Positions 34,619 to 45,347 of a stretch of DNA of 64,000 bases are shown here, piece after piece. Location of the stretch: the IMG/VR virus record IMGVR_UViG_3300020810_001156, positions 124,001-188,000 of that record. One strand, written 5' to 3'. Below the pieces are notes generated by a model. That model was not told the DNA's origin and did not search any database. It saw only the letters and a program-made list of their open reading frames with translations. Numbering within the stretch: the stretch's first letter is position 1; each line of letters begins with the position of its first letter. The translations under genes were made by a program, and so were the position numbers.

Positions 34619-37225
34619 ATGGCTAGCAGAGACGAATTACAAATTTTACAACAACTAAGAAGAGAGTCAAAAGCTTATCTTGATGAACTTTTAGCGGGTA
34701 AAACTGCTGAAGGGCGCATTGATGCAAAAAAACTTCCGGAATATAAAGCCCAGCTAGCAAAATTAAAAGAGATAAATGAACAAATAAAAGAAATACAAGC
34801 CAATCACAAAATTGTAGTAGATAGTTTAATTCAACAAGAATCAAAACTAAAAGGATTAACTGGTATTCAAGCATCTTTAGTTAATTTAGATAGAGATAGG
34901 TTAAAAATACAACAAGGTCTTAAAGGGCCTACGCAAGATGCGATAAATTCAATTGCATCATTGAATCAGGATTTGTTATCAATGTCAGCTGAAGATTCTG
35001 TTGCACGAGAACTTCAAGAAAAATCTATAAATGAACAAATTGCAGCTTTAAGGAAAAAAGGAACTGTTAGTGAAGAGATTCTAAATAATTTAGAACAACA
35101 AAGAGATGTTGCCCTCAAAATGTCTGGATTGACTGAAAAACAGAAAAAATTCTTAAATAAACAATTAGAAGTATATGATGGTATAAAAGATACCATTGGT
35201 GGAATATTAGAAACTGCATCATTACTTACATCAACTGTTGGTGGAGTATTAGGTAGTGCTTTAATTGGTGCTGGTGTTGCTGGTAAAAAATTATTGAAAA
35301 CTTCATATGAATTGGGTGGTTCTCTAACTTCTACCTCTAATATAGCAACCACATTATTTGGGACAGTGTTCCCAGACGCAGTTGGTGTTACTAAATCTCT
35401 TTCAAAAGAATTTGGTGGATTAAGTGATGTATCATTAAAAACACAATTCAGAACTAACGTAATAGCTAAGAACTTAGGTATTAGTGCTGGTGAAGCGGCA
35501 TCTTTAACAGGTTCGTTTGCTCGTTTAAATGATGGTTCTGCCGAAACTGCACAAAACTTAATTCAACAAACCCAGAATTTAGCACAACAAAATGGATTAG
35601 TTCCTGCCGATGTAATGGCTGATGTAGCCGCATCTGCTGAAGAGTTTGCACTCTATGGTAAGGCTGGTGGTACGAATATAGCTGAAGCTGCTGTTGCTGC
35701 TGGTAAGTTAGGTGTTAGTATGAAAACCCTTAGTGGTATCACCGATAACCTATTAGATTTTGAATCATCGATAAACGCCGAATTAGAATTAGGTGCAATG
35801 TTAGGTAAGAATATCAACTTAGATAGAGCCAGAGCATTAGCATACGAAGGAGATATAGGTGGTTCAGTAAGAGAAACACTTTCCGCATTGGGTGGTATTG
35901 AGGAATTCAATAAAATGGATTATTTCCAAAAGAAACAAACCGCAGCACTATTAGGCGTATCGGTGGAAGAATTCCAAAAGATGGCTGATAATGCTGATAA
36001 ATTGGATAAAAACGGCCAGATAACCTTATCTACTTATGATAAATTAACAAACACTGCTAAAGCATTTGGTTCGCAAATTTTGAGTGGTGTACAAGGTTTA
36101 GGTAGTGTGGCAGTTGCTGCTGGGCAGATGGGATTCAATTTAAAGGATGGTTTAAAATCCATGAAAGGAATGGGTGGGTTAACCGGAAAACTTAAAGGAT
36201 TATTGGGTAAAGATGCATTATCAAAAGCAAGAAAGAACTTATCAGATAAACAAATAGCAGCTGGATTTGGGGGTAAGAAAGCCAAAGATATGTTAGCAGC
36301 TAAAACACCAAAAGTACCAGAAACTTCAGTTAGTGATAATTTAAATAAAACCGCAGGTAGTAAAGGACCTAAAGCTAGTAATTTACTAAAAGGTGCTGCT
36401 GCTATCCTTATTCTAGCAGCTGCATTATTCGTTGCTGCTAAAGCATTCCAAGAATTCGGTTCAGTAACATGGCCTGCTGTTGGGATGGGATTAGCTAGTT
36501 TAGTTGGTTTAGCTGCAATTGCTTATGTGTTAGGAAAAGCTCAAGGTGAAATGATTAAGGGTGCAATTGCTGTGGCTATTTTAGGAGCTGCACTTATTCC
36601 ATTCGCATTCTCAATGAGTTTAATTGCTGGATTGGATATTGGTTCAGTAATGGCAGCAGCGGCAGGATTGGTAGTATTCTCAGCAGCTGTGTTCGGACTT
36701 GGTGCATTAATGATGACTGGTGTAGGGGCATTTATATTTGGTGCTGGATTAGCTGCATTAGCTGGATTGGGTGTATCTATGATGGTATTGGGTGCTGGTT
36801 TATTAGTTGCAGCAGCTGGATTCCAAGCAATTGGAGGTTCGATGGGAAGTGTGGTATCACTTATATCTCAAGTTAAAGATGTTTTAGGTGGTATGTTCCA
36901 ATATATCGCACCTATTGCCGCATTAGCATTGGCATTGGTTGGATTAGCTGGTGCATTAACACTGGTTGGTGTAGCTGGTATTGCTGCTCTACCAGGTCTG
37001 ATGGCAGTTGCTGCTGTTGGAACAATCGCAATGGGAGTTGGTTCTCTATTAGGATTTGGTGGAGATGAAGGTGGAGGTTCTGATTCTGATTTAATAACTG
37101 AAATTAGAGGATTGAGAGAAGATTTAAACAATGGTAAAGTTGCAGTTTACTTAGATGGGCAGAAAGTAACTGCTGGAGTTTCAAGAGTAGTAAGTAGAGT
37201 GGGAAGTAATTCTTACGCAACATAA
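34619..37225 (+). CDS. tape measure protein
   Basis: Ala/Gly-rich helical protein; NLLDFESSI.AELE...INLDRAR; long hydrophobic C-terminal segments; ends VYLDGQKV. Confidence 0.88.
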   Translation: MASRDELQILQQLRRESKAYLDELLAGKTAEGRIDAKKLPEYKAQLAKLKEINEQIKEIQANHKIVVDSLIQQESKLKGLTGIQASLVNLDRDRLKIQQGLKGPTQDAINSIASLNQDLLSMSAEDSVARELQEKSINEQIAALRKKGTVSEEILNNLEQQRDVALKMSGLTEKQKKFLNKQLEVYDGIKDTIGGILETASLLTSTVGGVLGSALIGAGVAGKKLLKTSYELGGSLTSTSNIATTLFGTVFPDAVGVTKSLSKEFGGLSDVSLKTQFRTNVIAKNLGISAGEAASLTGSFARLNDGSAETAQNLIQQTQNLAQQNGLVPADVMADVAASAEEFALYGKAGGTNIAEAAVAAGKLGVSMKTLSGITDNLLDFESSINAELELGAMLGKNINLDRARALAYEGDIGGSVRETLSALGGIEEFNKMDYFQKKQTAALLGVSVEEFQKMADNADKLDKNGQITLSTYDKLTNTAKAFGSQILSGVQGLGSVAVAAGQMGFNLKDGLKSMKGMGGLTGKLKGLLGKDALSKARKNLSDKQIAAGFGGKKAKDMLAAKTPKVPETSVSDNLNKTAGSKGPKASNLLKGAAAILILAAALFVAAKAFQEFGSVTWPAVGMGLASLVGLAAIAYVLGKAQGEMIKGAIAVAILGAALIPFAFSMSLIAGLDIGSVMAAAAGLVVFSAAVFGLGALMMTGVGAFIFGAGLAALAGLGVSMMVLGAGLLVAAAGFQAIGGSMGSVVSLISQVKDVLGGMFQYIAPIAALALALVGLAGALTLVGVAGIAALPGLMAVAAVGTIAMGVGSLLGFGGDEGGGSDSDLITEIRGLREDLNNGKVAVYLDGQKVTAGVSRVVSRVGSNSYAT

Positions 37226-37231
37226 TATATT

Positions 37232-38965
37232 ATGCCAACATTAGAAGAATTATTTAAAAGTAAACAATTACCCTCTCAGGGCGGAAAAACTGCTGAGGAA
37301 GCTTATGCTATTAGAGATAGTAAGGATATACGAATATCTTCATCAAATCCATTAGTGAATGTAACTGGTATGTTATTGGCTAGGGGTGCTAGAAAGTTGT
37401 TAGGAATTAGAACTGATGAATCTTTAGTAGAACAAGAAGTAACTGGTTTAAGAGTTATTAGATTTGGTTCGATACCTATGATATATGGTTCGGATACACC
37501 AAGAATAACTTTAAGAACAACCGATTCGATTTCAAAAATGAAAGCAGAGACATCTGGAGAAATAACAGGTGCTACTGGTTTAATGGCTAAGATAGGAAGT
37601 GCGGCATCAAGTGTAAAAAGTGCATTAGGATTACCAACCAAAGCAATTCCAACATTTGTAGTAAATGGATTGGAAAGTGAAAGAATTGGTGAAACTCAAA
37701 AAAGAATGAGCCAATTACAAAAGATTTTAAAATCAGCAGAAGGAACAGCTGCAGGAAAACTTTTAGGATTTATTGGTGAAAATGCTGGAGGTGGTACACC
37801 AGATGCTATTGGTAGAAATTTAGTGGGTGGTGCTATAAGTGCTGGTAAGCAAGAATTAGGTAAAAAACTATTTGGAAGTAGAGGTGGTAGTTCTTTGGGA
37901 TTAGCAACGGGTAGAATACCAAGTGGAATTACACCAACCCCATCTAACGAATTTCCAACTTTATATACTGATAAAAGTTTAAGAAATTGGGGTAAATTTG
38001 GATTTAATTATGGTTCGTTAGAACCAACTACTGGTGCTCAAAGATTAAAAGAAGATAAAAAGGGAAATAGGTATAGTAAAACTATCATCAAAGAAGGTAA
38101 TGATAAAAATGATTTATCTTATAAACAAGAAGTTGAAAATGTACCAACTATTAAATTTAGTGCTGAACCTGAAAGAGCAAGTAAATTTTCAAATGTAACT
38201 AAAAACCCAAATTATAAAGATGTATCTACGGAAAACTTCTTAGAAACAAAAAGAGGAATGTACACCATTAGTGATAAAGTAAATATGAGTGGTGTGTATG
38301 CTGGTGAGGGTGATGATGAATTAGATGCATTAGATTTCGTAACTCTTAAATTTACTTCATTAGGTACAGTTAGTGGAGCATTACGTTCAGCAAATTTTAG
38401 AGCAACTATTAGTGGATTAACTGAAACCTTTTCTCCCTCTTGGAGTGGACAAAAATTTATTGGAAACCCATTTAGTTATTATACATACGATGGAATAGAA
38501 CGAAGTGTTTCTTTTAATTTTAAAACATATTCTTTAAACGCAGCAGAACATAAAAAGGCTTGGGATAAACTTAACTTTTTATCTGGATTAACTTATCCAG
38601 CTGATTATTATGGAAACTCCGCTATAAAATCACCACTTATAATGTTTACATTGGGTGATATGTATAATAAAAAGGCAGGTTTTATAGAATCTCTTTCATA
38701 TACTATTGATGATACTACACCTTGGCAAGTGATGAGTGAGGAAAATACTCATTTAAATAATACAGCTCAAATTACAAGTCAACTATTATATGGTAAACCA
38801 AACGGAATACCCCAAAACCCACAAAATAATGAAATAGATATGACTGGTTATAGATTACCTACAATTGTTGATGTGGCTATTACCATTAAATTTGTTGAAA
38901 ATAGAAAAGAAACTGGTACTGAAGATGGTAATAGAAAACTTTATACATTTACATCACAAACATAA
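37232..38965 (+). CDS. baseplate tube initiator (gp48/gp54-like)
   Basis: C-terminal tube-fold region FRATISGLTETFSPSW...YTYDGIERSVSFNF...PLIMFTLGD; follows the tape measure. Confidence 0.7.
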   Translation: MPTLEELFKSKQLPSQGGKTAEEAYAIRDSKDIRISSSNPLVNVTGMLLARGARKLLGIRTDESLVEQEVTGLRVIRFGSIPMIYGSDTPRITLRTTDSISKMKAETSGEITGATGLMAKIGSAASSVKSALGLPTKAIPTFVVNGLESERIGETQKRMSQLQKILKSAEGTAAGKLLGFIGENAGGGTPDAIGRNLVGGAISAGKQELGKKLFGSRGGSSLGLATGRIPSGITPTPSNEFPTLYTDKSLRNWGKFGFNYGSLEPTTGAQRLKEDKKGNRYSKTIIKEGNDKNDLSYKQEVENVPTIKFSAEPERASKFSNVTKNPNYKDVSTENFLETKRGMYTISDKVNMSGVYAGEGDDELDALDFVTLKFTSLGTVSGALRSANFRATISGLTETFSPSWSGQKFIGNPFSYYTYDGIERSVSFNFKTYSLNAAEHKKAWDKLNFLSGLTYPADYYGNSAIKSPLIMFTLGDMYNKKAGFIESLSYTIDDTTPWQVMSEENTHLNNTAQITSQLLYGKPNGIPQNPQNNEIDMTGYRLPTIVDVAITIKFVENRKETGTEDGNRKLYTFTSQT

Positions 38966-38971
38966 TAAACT

Positions 38972-39262
38972 ATGGCAAGTAGATATCAAAATAACGAAGT
39001 TAAAAAAATAGGAGATGGTAGAATAGTATATCGTTCTAAAATATATCCTCAAATACCATTGAGAGATGATGATATTATAGTAGCATCTGAGACTGGTGAT
39101 AGATTGGATACAATTGCTTATCACTATTATGGTGATGCATCCCTTTGGTGGATTATCGCAGCTGCCAATAACATTCACAATGCACCATTTGGTTTAAAAG
39201 ATGGTACGATTTTAAGAATACCACAAAACTTTATAGAGATAAACAATCAATTTAAAAAATAA
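38972..39262 (+). CDS. LysM-like baseplate protein (gp53/gpX-like)
   Basis: GDRLDTIAYHYYGDASLWWIIAAAN...G..LRIP. Confidence 0.88.
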   Translation: MASRYQNNEVKKIGDGRIVYRSKIYPQIPLRDDDIIVASETGDRLDTIAYHYYGDASLWWIIAAANNIHNAPFGLKDGTILRIPQNFIEINNQFKK

Positions 39263-39267
39263 GTTAT

Positions 39268-41484
39268 ATGTCATTTCCGAATTTCTCAAATATTCAGGAT
39301 TTTGTTAGAAGTACTTTATTAAAAAGAGTAGGCAATACTGAATTATTATCAAAACTAAATCCATTTGTAAGATTGGTTTCTGGTGGTGGGGGTGGATTAG
39401 TTTTAGATTCAAATCCAGATAATAATTTGTTTAGAGCAGCTGGTAGAACATATGGTTCATCTACACAAGCTGGTAGAATAGGTACAACTTGGGGTGGTGC
39501 TGATATAAATCCCTCTGCTGGACAAGGTTATAGACCTTCTCCAATTGTAACCTCATTAGAAGTGGATGAGGGTTCTGGTAATTTGAGTAGAAAAGCAAGT
39601 TTTTCTATAACTTGTTTTACTAAAGAACAAATGGAAGTGTTAACTAGATACTTTTTAGAACCTGGTATGAGTGTGTTTATAGAATGGGGCTGGAATACAT
39701 CAAATGGTGTTAGTGGATTAACACCATTAAATGCATCTGCAATATCTAAATTTCAAAATTCATCAAATACTAATAATGTAAGGAGTAATACTGGTGGTGA
39801 ATATGATAATTACTTGGGATTTTCAACTGGTGGTGGTGTTTCTTTAGATGGTGATAAATGGACAATAAATGTAAATTGTACAGGATATACGGAATTACCA
39901 ACATATTTACTTACTACCGAAACCGGTGAACAAAAACTAAACGAATCAAAAAAATTAACATCAGCTGAACCATTTGGTTTAAATTTTATTGATTCTAAAA
40001 ATAGTAGTTTGGGTGATGAACGTTTTATGAAAATGTTTAATGAATTACCACAAACAAGACAAACTTTAGCAGTAAAGGGATTACGAAGTAAGTTTGCAGC
40101 AGATGATACTTATTTAATAAATTTTGATGATGAGGTTATTGAAGAATTAAATGATGAATCTGATGGATTTACTATTCCTGGTCTTGGTTGGGAAGTTACA
40201 CAAGGAAAAATGACAATTGATGGAAAAAAAGTCAAATTTCCAACGGGTACAAAAATAACTGGAGATGAAAGATTTATACGATTTGATGGTATGATGGATA
40301 TCATATATGAAATTGGTATTTCTGGTTATACTTTACCTGATGGTACTGAAATAACTTTTGAAATTGATTATAAAGATACTGCATGTTTAGCGTTTGAAAA
40401 AATATATAGTACTGACCCATCTAAATTATTTATACCAAATCCACAATCACCTAAATTTAATTTAGCTGCTATTAGTGCTGATAAAGGATTACCATCAATT
40501 GAAGAAATTAGAAATGCCGGTACAGTAAACAATTCACCACTTAATAAAATTAAATTTCCAAACCCAAACAATTATTCATTTACACCTTCGGATGGAGGAA
40601 AGGTAGTGACCAAAGACCCTAATCAATGGGGATACTTAAAAGATTTGTATGTTAACTTTGATTTTTTTAAAGGTATATTAGATACTAAACAATTTTATCT
40701 AAAAGATGCTCTTTATCAAATTTTAAATGGAATATCATCAGCTGTAAATGGTATGTGGGATTTTCAAATACAAGAATCAGAAGTAACATCTGGCAAGAAA
40801 AAAGTAAACAAATTAAAAATATTTGAAATGAATCTTATATCGAATGGAAAACAAACTCCTGCATATACATTTGAAATGATAGGAGCAGATTCGGTATTTA
40901 TTGATGCTAGTTTAGATTTGGATATTAGTGGTGCTAAAATGAATCAAGTTATAGGTTCAAAATTAGGAGCAGATTTAAATGGTGATTCTAAAAAAGTATC
41001 ATTATTTTCTAAAGGGAATGTACTTAATGACCAATTAGGTGTAAAATTAAAAAGAAAAAATACAAACAAAAACGACCCTAAGACTCAAACTGAGCAAGAT
41101 AAAAAAGATATAGCAGAAGCTAATTTAAATATTATGTTAGGTAAAGCTCGTTTTTATCCAAAGGTTGAAATAAATGATAAATCTAGTATGAGTCAAGACC
41201 TTTATGATTTGTGTTATTTGGGGGCTTATAAAGATGCTGGTATATTTACCGCACTAAAAACAGGAAATGATGAAGATGCTTCATCCGCAACTCCTTTAAT
41301 GCCAATTAACTTCACTTTTAAGGTTCATGGTGTTAGTGGTATAAGAAGAGGTGATATGTTTAAAGTAAATGGAGTACCATCTGTATATAATGATGGATTT
41401 TTTCAAGTATTAAGTGTTAAACATAGTATTGAGGGTATGATGTGGACAACCGAAGTAAGTGGTGGATATAGAAATAATAAATAA
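39268..41484 (+). CDS. baseplate hub protein (gp27/gpD-like)
   Basis: Follows the LysM gene; FLEPG.SVFIEWGW; C-terminal G.SGI..GD.F......FQV..VKH.I....WTT. Confidence 0.7.
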   Translation: MSFPNFSNIQDFVRSTLLKRVGNTELLSKLNPFVRLVSGGGGGLVLDSNPDNNLFRAAGRTYGSSTQAGRIGTTWGGADINPSAGQGYRPSPIVTSLEVDEGSGNLSRKASFSITCFTKEQMEVLTRYFLEPGMSVFIEWGWNTSNGVSGLTPLNASAISKFQNSSNTNNVRSNTGGEYDNYLGFSTGGGVSLDGDKWTINVNCTGYTELPTYLLTTETGEQKLNESKKLTSAEPFGLNFIDSKNSSLGDERFMKMFNELPQTRQTLAVKGLRSKFAADDTYLINFDDEVIEELNDESDGFTIPGLGWEVTQGKMTIDGKKVKFPTGTKITGDERFIRFDGMMDIIYEIGISGYTLPDGTEITFEIDYKDTACLAFEKIYSTDPSKLFIPNPQSPKFNLAAISADKGLPSIEEIRNAGTVNNSPLNKIKFPNPNNYSFTPSDGGKVVTKDPNQWGYLKDLYVNFDFFKGILDTKQFYLKDALYQILNGISSAVNGMWDFQIQESEVTSGKKKVNKLKIFEMNLISNGKQTPAYTFEMIGADSVFIDASLDLDISGAKMNQVIGSKLGADLNGDSKKVSLFSKGNVLNDQLGVKLKRKNTNKNDPKTQTEQDKKDIAEANLNIMLGKARFYPKVEINDKSSMSQDLYDLCYLGAYKDAGIFTALKTGNDEDASSATPLMPINFTFKVHGVSGIRRGDMFKVNGVPSVYNDGFFQVLSVKHSIEGMMWTTEVSGGYRNNK

Positions 41485-41486
41485 TT

Positions 41487-41840
41487 ATGAATATAGATAG
41501 ATATAAGGAAATAGCTCATTTGGGTTCTGAGTTTAATCAGACAAACATAGTAGCATATATACCTAAACCAATTGATATTGATTATAATCGAGGATATATT
41601 ACTAGATACTTTATTCAAAAATCAAATGACCCATCTTCCGTAATATACGAAATTAGAAAAAAATCTACCTCTAAGTTTTCTACTAATTCATTTTATAATG
41701 TAGTTTCATTAGATTGGAGAATTAAAGGAAGTCCATCCGAAGTAAAGAAATCAAATTCGGCATCTGTAAGAATAGCATCTCAATCAATGAGAAATATTCA
41801 ACTATATCTTCCCAACCTTTTACAATTTCATAAGAAATAA
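41487..41840 (+). CDS. conserved baseplate-associated hypothetical protein
   Basis: P...DY.RG.I.RYF...L.W.I.G motif; end of tail module. Confidence 0.55.
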   Translation: MNIDRYKEIAHLGSEFNQTNIVAYIPKPIDIDYNRGYITRYFIQKSNDPSSVIYEIRKKSTSKFSTNSFYNVVSLDWRIKGSPSEVKKSNSASVRIASQSMRNIQLYLPNLLQFHKK

Positions 41841-41872
41841 TTTGGATAATTAAAATATTTTTCTTATATTTG
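41841..41872 (+). promoter_or_regulatory. Bacteroidota-type -33/-7 promoter
   Basis: TTTG-N20-TATATTTG, ending 4 nt before ATG 41877. Confidence 0.8.
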
Positions 41873-41876
41873 TTGG

Positions 41877-43160
41877 ATGATTGTAGTAGAGTCTAACAAA
41901 GAGAAGGAAGAATTTATCAAAAGATGGGAATCTGAACCATCTATTGTAGTTCCCATATGGTGTGATTTAGAAAAACACCCGATGAACAATGAACTTGCGT
42001 TTTTGTTCGTTATGATTGGAAAATCCACCTTTATCCTCATATATAATCATATTGATGGGAAATCCCATCATTTAGACCTTTCCAAATCTACACAACCAAA
42101 ATGGGTGTGGAATAAAAAGGGCTTATTACAAAGTGGTACAAATATACAAAATATTTTTGATATATCCAATTATTACTTCTTTGAAAAGAATCAAACTATA
42201 CCCGATGAGGTACAAAATCAACCATTTATATCACATTATACCCGAATGGGTATAAGAGATGGTTTGGGAAAGATAGCACCTTTGATGAAGTGGGGAGAGT
42301 ACTTAAAATCATTTGTTGATAATATAAGTAGTACTATTCCTCCTCCCGATTTATCTCCTAAAAGTTGGATTGATGACACGATGATTCCTCTTTTATCTCA
42401 GATTGAACGATATGGTGTTCGGGTCGATGGGAGAAAATTTTTTGATAGATATCCACAAGCCACTAAACATTTAAACAACAATATCGTATATACCGAATAT
42501 AACCCATATACCATTACATCCCGTCCTTCCAACCGATTTGGGGGAATCAACTTCTCTGCTTTAAATAAAAAGGATGGTACGAGAGAAGTGTTTATTCCCA
42601 AAGATGGGCACATATTCCTACAAATGGATTATGATGCCTATCACCCCCGAATCATCGGTAAGTTGATTGATTACGATTTACCCAATACTTCCGTTCACCA
42701 ATGGTTAGCGGACCAATATGGAGTTCCATACGATGAATCTAAGGGAATCACATTCCAACTCCTTTATGGTGGGATACCCGAAGAGTTCGACTCTATTCCT
42801 TATTATAAGAAGGTTAGAGAGTACATCGATGTAATGTGGAGTAAGGCATCGGAAATGGGTTATGTATCGACTTACAACCGAAATATACCTCTCTCATCGA
42901 TAGAAGATTCAAATCCTCAAAAAGTATTCAACTATTTATTACAAGCAACTGAAACTGAGTTGAATATGAAAACAATCCAAAAAGTGTTGGAGTTTATTCA
43001 ACAAACCGATATTGAGTTGACCTTATATACTTATGATTCATTCTTATTCTCTTATCCATTAGATACTCCTAAAGAACACGCTCTAAAATTGAAACAAATA
43101 GTAGAGAGTAATGGTTTCCCTATAAAAGCTAGTTGGGGAACGGATTACTCAAAACTTTAA
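41877..43160 (+). CDS. reduced family-A polymerase-like protein
   Basis: TSRPSN, motif A DYDAYHPR, motif B KGITFQLLYG, NYLLQATE, motif C YTYDSFLF; only 427 aa. Confidence 0.8.
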   Translation: MIVVESNKEKEEFIKRWESEPSIVVPIWCDLEKHPMNNELAFLFVMIGKSTFILIYNHIDGKSHHLDLSKSTQPKWVWNKKGLLQSGTNIQNIFDISNYYFFEKNQTIPDEVQNQPFISHYTRMGIRDGLGKIAPLMKWGEYLKSFVDNISSTIPPPDLSPKSWIDDTMIPLLSQIERYGVRVDGRKFFDRYPQATKHLNNNIVYTEYNPYTITSRPSNRFGGINFSALNKKDGTREVFIPKDGHIFLQMDYDAYHPRIIGKLIDYDLPNTSVHQWLADQYGVPYDESKGITFQLLYGGIPEEFDSIPYYKKVREYIDVMWSKASEMGYVSTYNRNIPLSSIEDSNPQKVFNYLLQATETELNMKTIQKVLEFIQQTDIELTLYTYDSFLFSYPLDTPKEHALKLKQIVESNGFPIKASWGTDYSKL

Positions 43161-43188
43161 TATTTATATGATATAGGAAGATTTAAGT

Positions 43189-45285
43189 ATGAATTACTTT
43201 AAAGAATTTATAAACGATTTATTAACGGAAGTTTCGTATAGAACGGAAGGAGGTATTGTAGACCTGAAAAAATCAGAACACCTTACTATCTTATCTGAAG
43301 TATTGGATGAGTTGGGATTATCGGAAATTAAAGGTGAATTATTCCAAACCCTTTTTGAAGCCGAAACAAAATCTGATGAAGATAAAAAATACAAAGGTAT
43401 TGGTGGACAACCACCTGCTTATGTAAAATCTGGAGATTACCAAAAATGGCAATCAAATCCAGACGGATTTACAGGTCCTAAATTTAGCAAAACTGAAACT
43501 GGTAAGTATGTTCAGATTGGTAATGGTGAAGATGGAGAAGGTGGTGAAGAATCAAAATCAAAAATCTTTCAACAAAATTATGATGCACCCGATATAGATA
43601 AAGAAGAAGATAAACCAACCGAAGAAAATAAATTAGATAAAATTTCAGAAGAAAATACAAAAACTCAAAGTGATTTCATTCAAAATGGATTCAAAGCTGG
43701 AGCAGCTCCAGGTAATGCTGGTTCTATGTATAATGAAATTATGAGTTGTAAAGTTTCTGAATTCTTTTTAAATAATCCAAATGCAACTGAAGAACAAGCA
43801 TATAATCACTTAGTCCAATTAGAAGCTGGTGGTGAGTTAGCTCAACAAAATAATAAATCAAAAAATAGACCAGGTAGAATTACTTCTAATGATACAAAAG
43901 AATATGAGGGTAGTGGTGATTCAAATGAGTTGATTTCAAAAAGATTAATAGCAGTTCGTTCAGCTAAAAGAAAAGCTAAAAAAGTTGAAATAGCAAATGA
44001 ACGATTGGGATGGGAGAATACCAAAACTTTAAACTTCTTTGGTGATACTAAAGGATTAAAAGCAATGGGTGGTGTTGTAGAAAATTCTAATGGTATTGTT
44101 GACCAACGAGGAAATCCAATATCAAAAGAGGAAGCATTGGAATTGATTGCTACATCTGGTGGTGGAGAAAATCCATCTGATACTGGAACTGTAATTGTTA
44201 ACAATAGTAATGGTGTAGTTACTTTGTTATTCCATTCTGATAAAGATTCAACCGCTGCATTGATTGCACAGTCTACATTTGGGGCAGAAATAGAGCAAGG
44301 TGAAAAAAGTATAGACAAATTAGTATCAGATAAAAAACTAACACCAGAGCAAGCAAAAACTATAAAAACAACTAGAAGTGCATATGGTAGAAGAGTTGAA
44401 GAAACTGAAAACAAATTGAATGATGTAACATCAACTCCTGCTAAATTCTTAAAAGAGGGTATTGGGAATACAATCCAATCATCACAAGCGGTAAATCTCC
44501 TAAAGAACGCATCGGCTGGAGCAGACCCAGAGAAATATTGGAAATCTCAAGTTCAAAAAAGATTCTCAAATCCAAATTTATTGTTACCACCAAAAGATGG
44601 TGAACCAAGAAAAAGAGTATCTGATTACTTACCTGAAGGTGTAACCGAACCAAATGATGAACAAATGGTGGAAGCTTATATCAATTGGTGTTCGGATGAG
44701 AGTTGGGGTAAATCTGAAGAATCACTTCCAAAGAACGACCAAAAGTTAATTAATGATTTAAACACTAACTTTGGTGGACCGGATGTATTACAAGAAATTG
44801 ATAAAATCAGAAGAGAAACTATTGAAATTCAAGAACAAATGATTGATGAGTTAGATACTCAACATCAAATTGAAATTGATGGTAAATCAATCGGATTGGG
44901 TACTTATATAGAAGCTCAAAATATTTGGGAAAAAGGACACTTTACCGCAATCAACGCCGATAACGGTGTATTTAAGTATGATGGTATGTTTGAGGTAAAT
45001 AATGGTGGTGTACCAATCGGACCAGAGGAGTTAAAAGGTTGTGCAAATATTGAAGATGAGAATGATTTCATCTCTCACTTTGAAGTGGGAACTGCTGAAG
45101 AAGTTGAAGGAAAGAGTGGTGGTGTAACTGGTTCTAAAAAGTTAGTTTACGCTATTTCTAAAAAAGGTAAACGAATTCCAATTATGGAAAAAAGACAGCG
45201 TTCTAAGAATGGTATTTTGGGAAGATTGAACTCTGTATATGGTTGGAGTAGGGAAATGCAACAATGCTTTGATTCAAAGGGATAA
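43189..45285 (+). CDS. large hypothetical protein, possibly internal virion protein
   Basis: Late-type motif upstream; N-terminal L-x-E-rich segment followed by an acidic linker. Confidence 0.5.
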   Translation: MNYFKEFINDLLTEVSYRTEGGIVDLKKSEHLTILSEVLDELGLSEIKGELFQTLFEAETKSDEDKKYKGIGGQPPAYVKSGDYQKWQSNPDGFTGPKFSKTETGKYVQIGNGEDGEGGEESKSKIFQQNYDAPDIDKEEDKPTEENKLDKISEENTKTQSDFIQNGFKAGAAPGNAGSMYNEIMSCKVSEFFLNNPNATEEQAYNHLVQLEAGGELAQQNNKSKNRPGRITSNDTKEYEGSGDSNELISKRLIAVRSAKRKAKKVEIANERLGWENTKTLNFFGDTKGLKAMGGVVENSNGIVDQRGNPISKEEALELIATSGGGENPSDTGTVIVNNSNGVVTLLFHSDKDSTAALIAQSTFGAEIEQGEKSIDKLVSDKKLTPEQAKTIKTTRSAYGRRVEETENKLNDVTSTPAKFLKEGIGNTIQSSQAVNLLKNASAGADPEKYWKSQVQKRFSNPNLLLPPKDGEPRKRVSDYLPEGVTEPNDEQMVEAYINWCSDESWGKSEESLPKNDQKLINDLNTNFGGPDVLQEIDKIRRETIEIQEQMIDELDTQHQIEIDGKSIGLGTYIEAQNIWEKGHFTAINADNGVFKYDGMFEVNNGGVPIGPEELKGCANIEDENDFISHFEVGTAEEVEGKSGGVTGSKKLVYAISKKGKRIPIMEKRQRSKNGILGRLNSVYGWSREMQQCFDSKG

Positions 45286-45347
45286 TAATTACCCCCAAAA
45301 AAATAATCTGATATTTATAGGTGATTGATTAATAGAGAAAAAAATAT

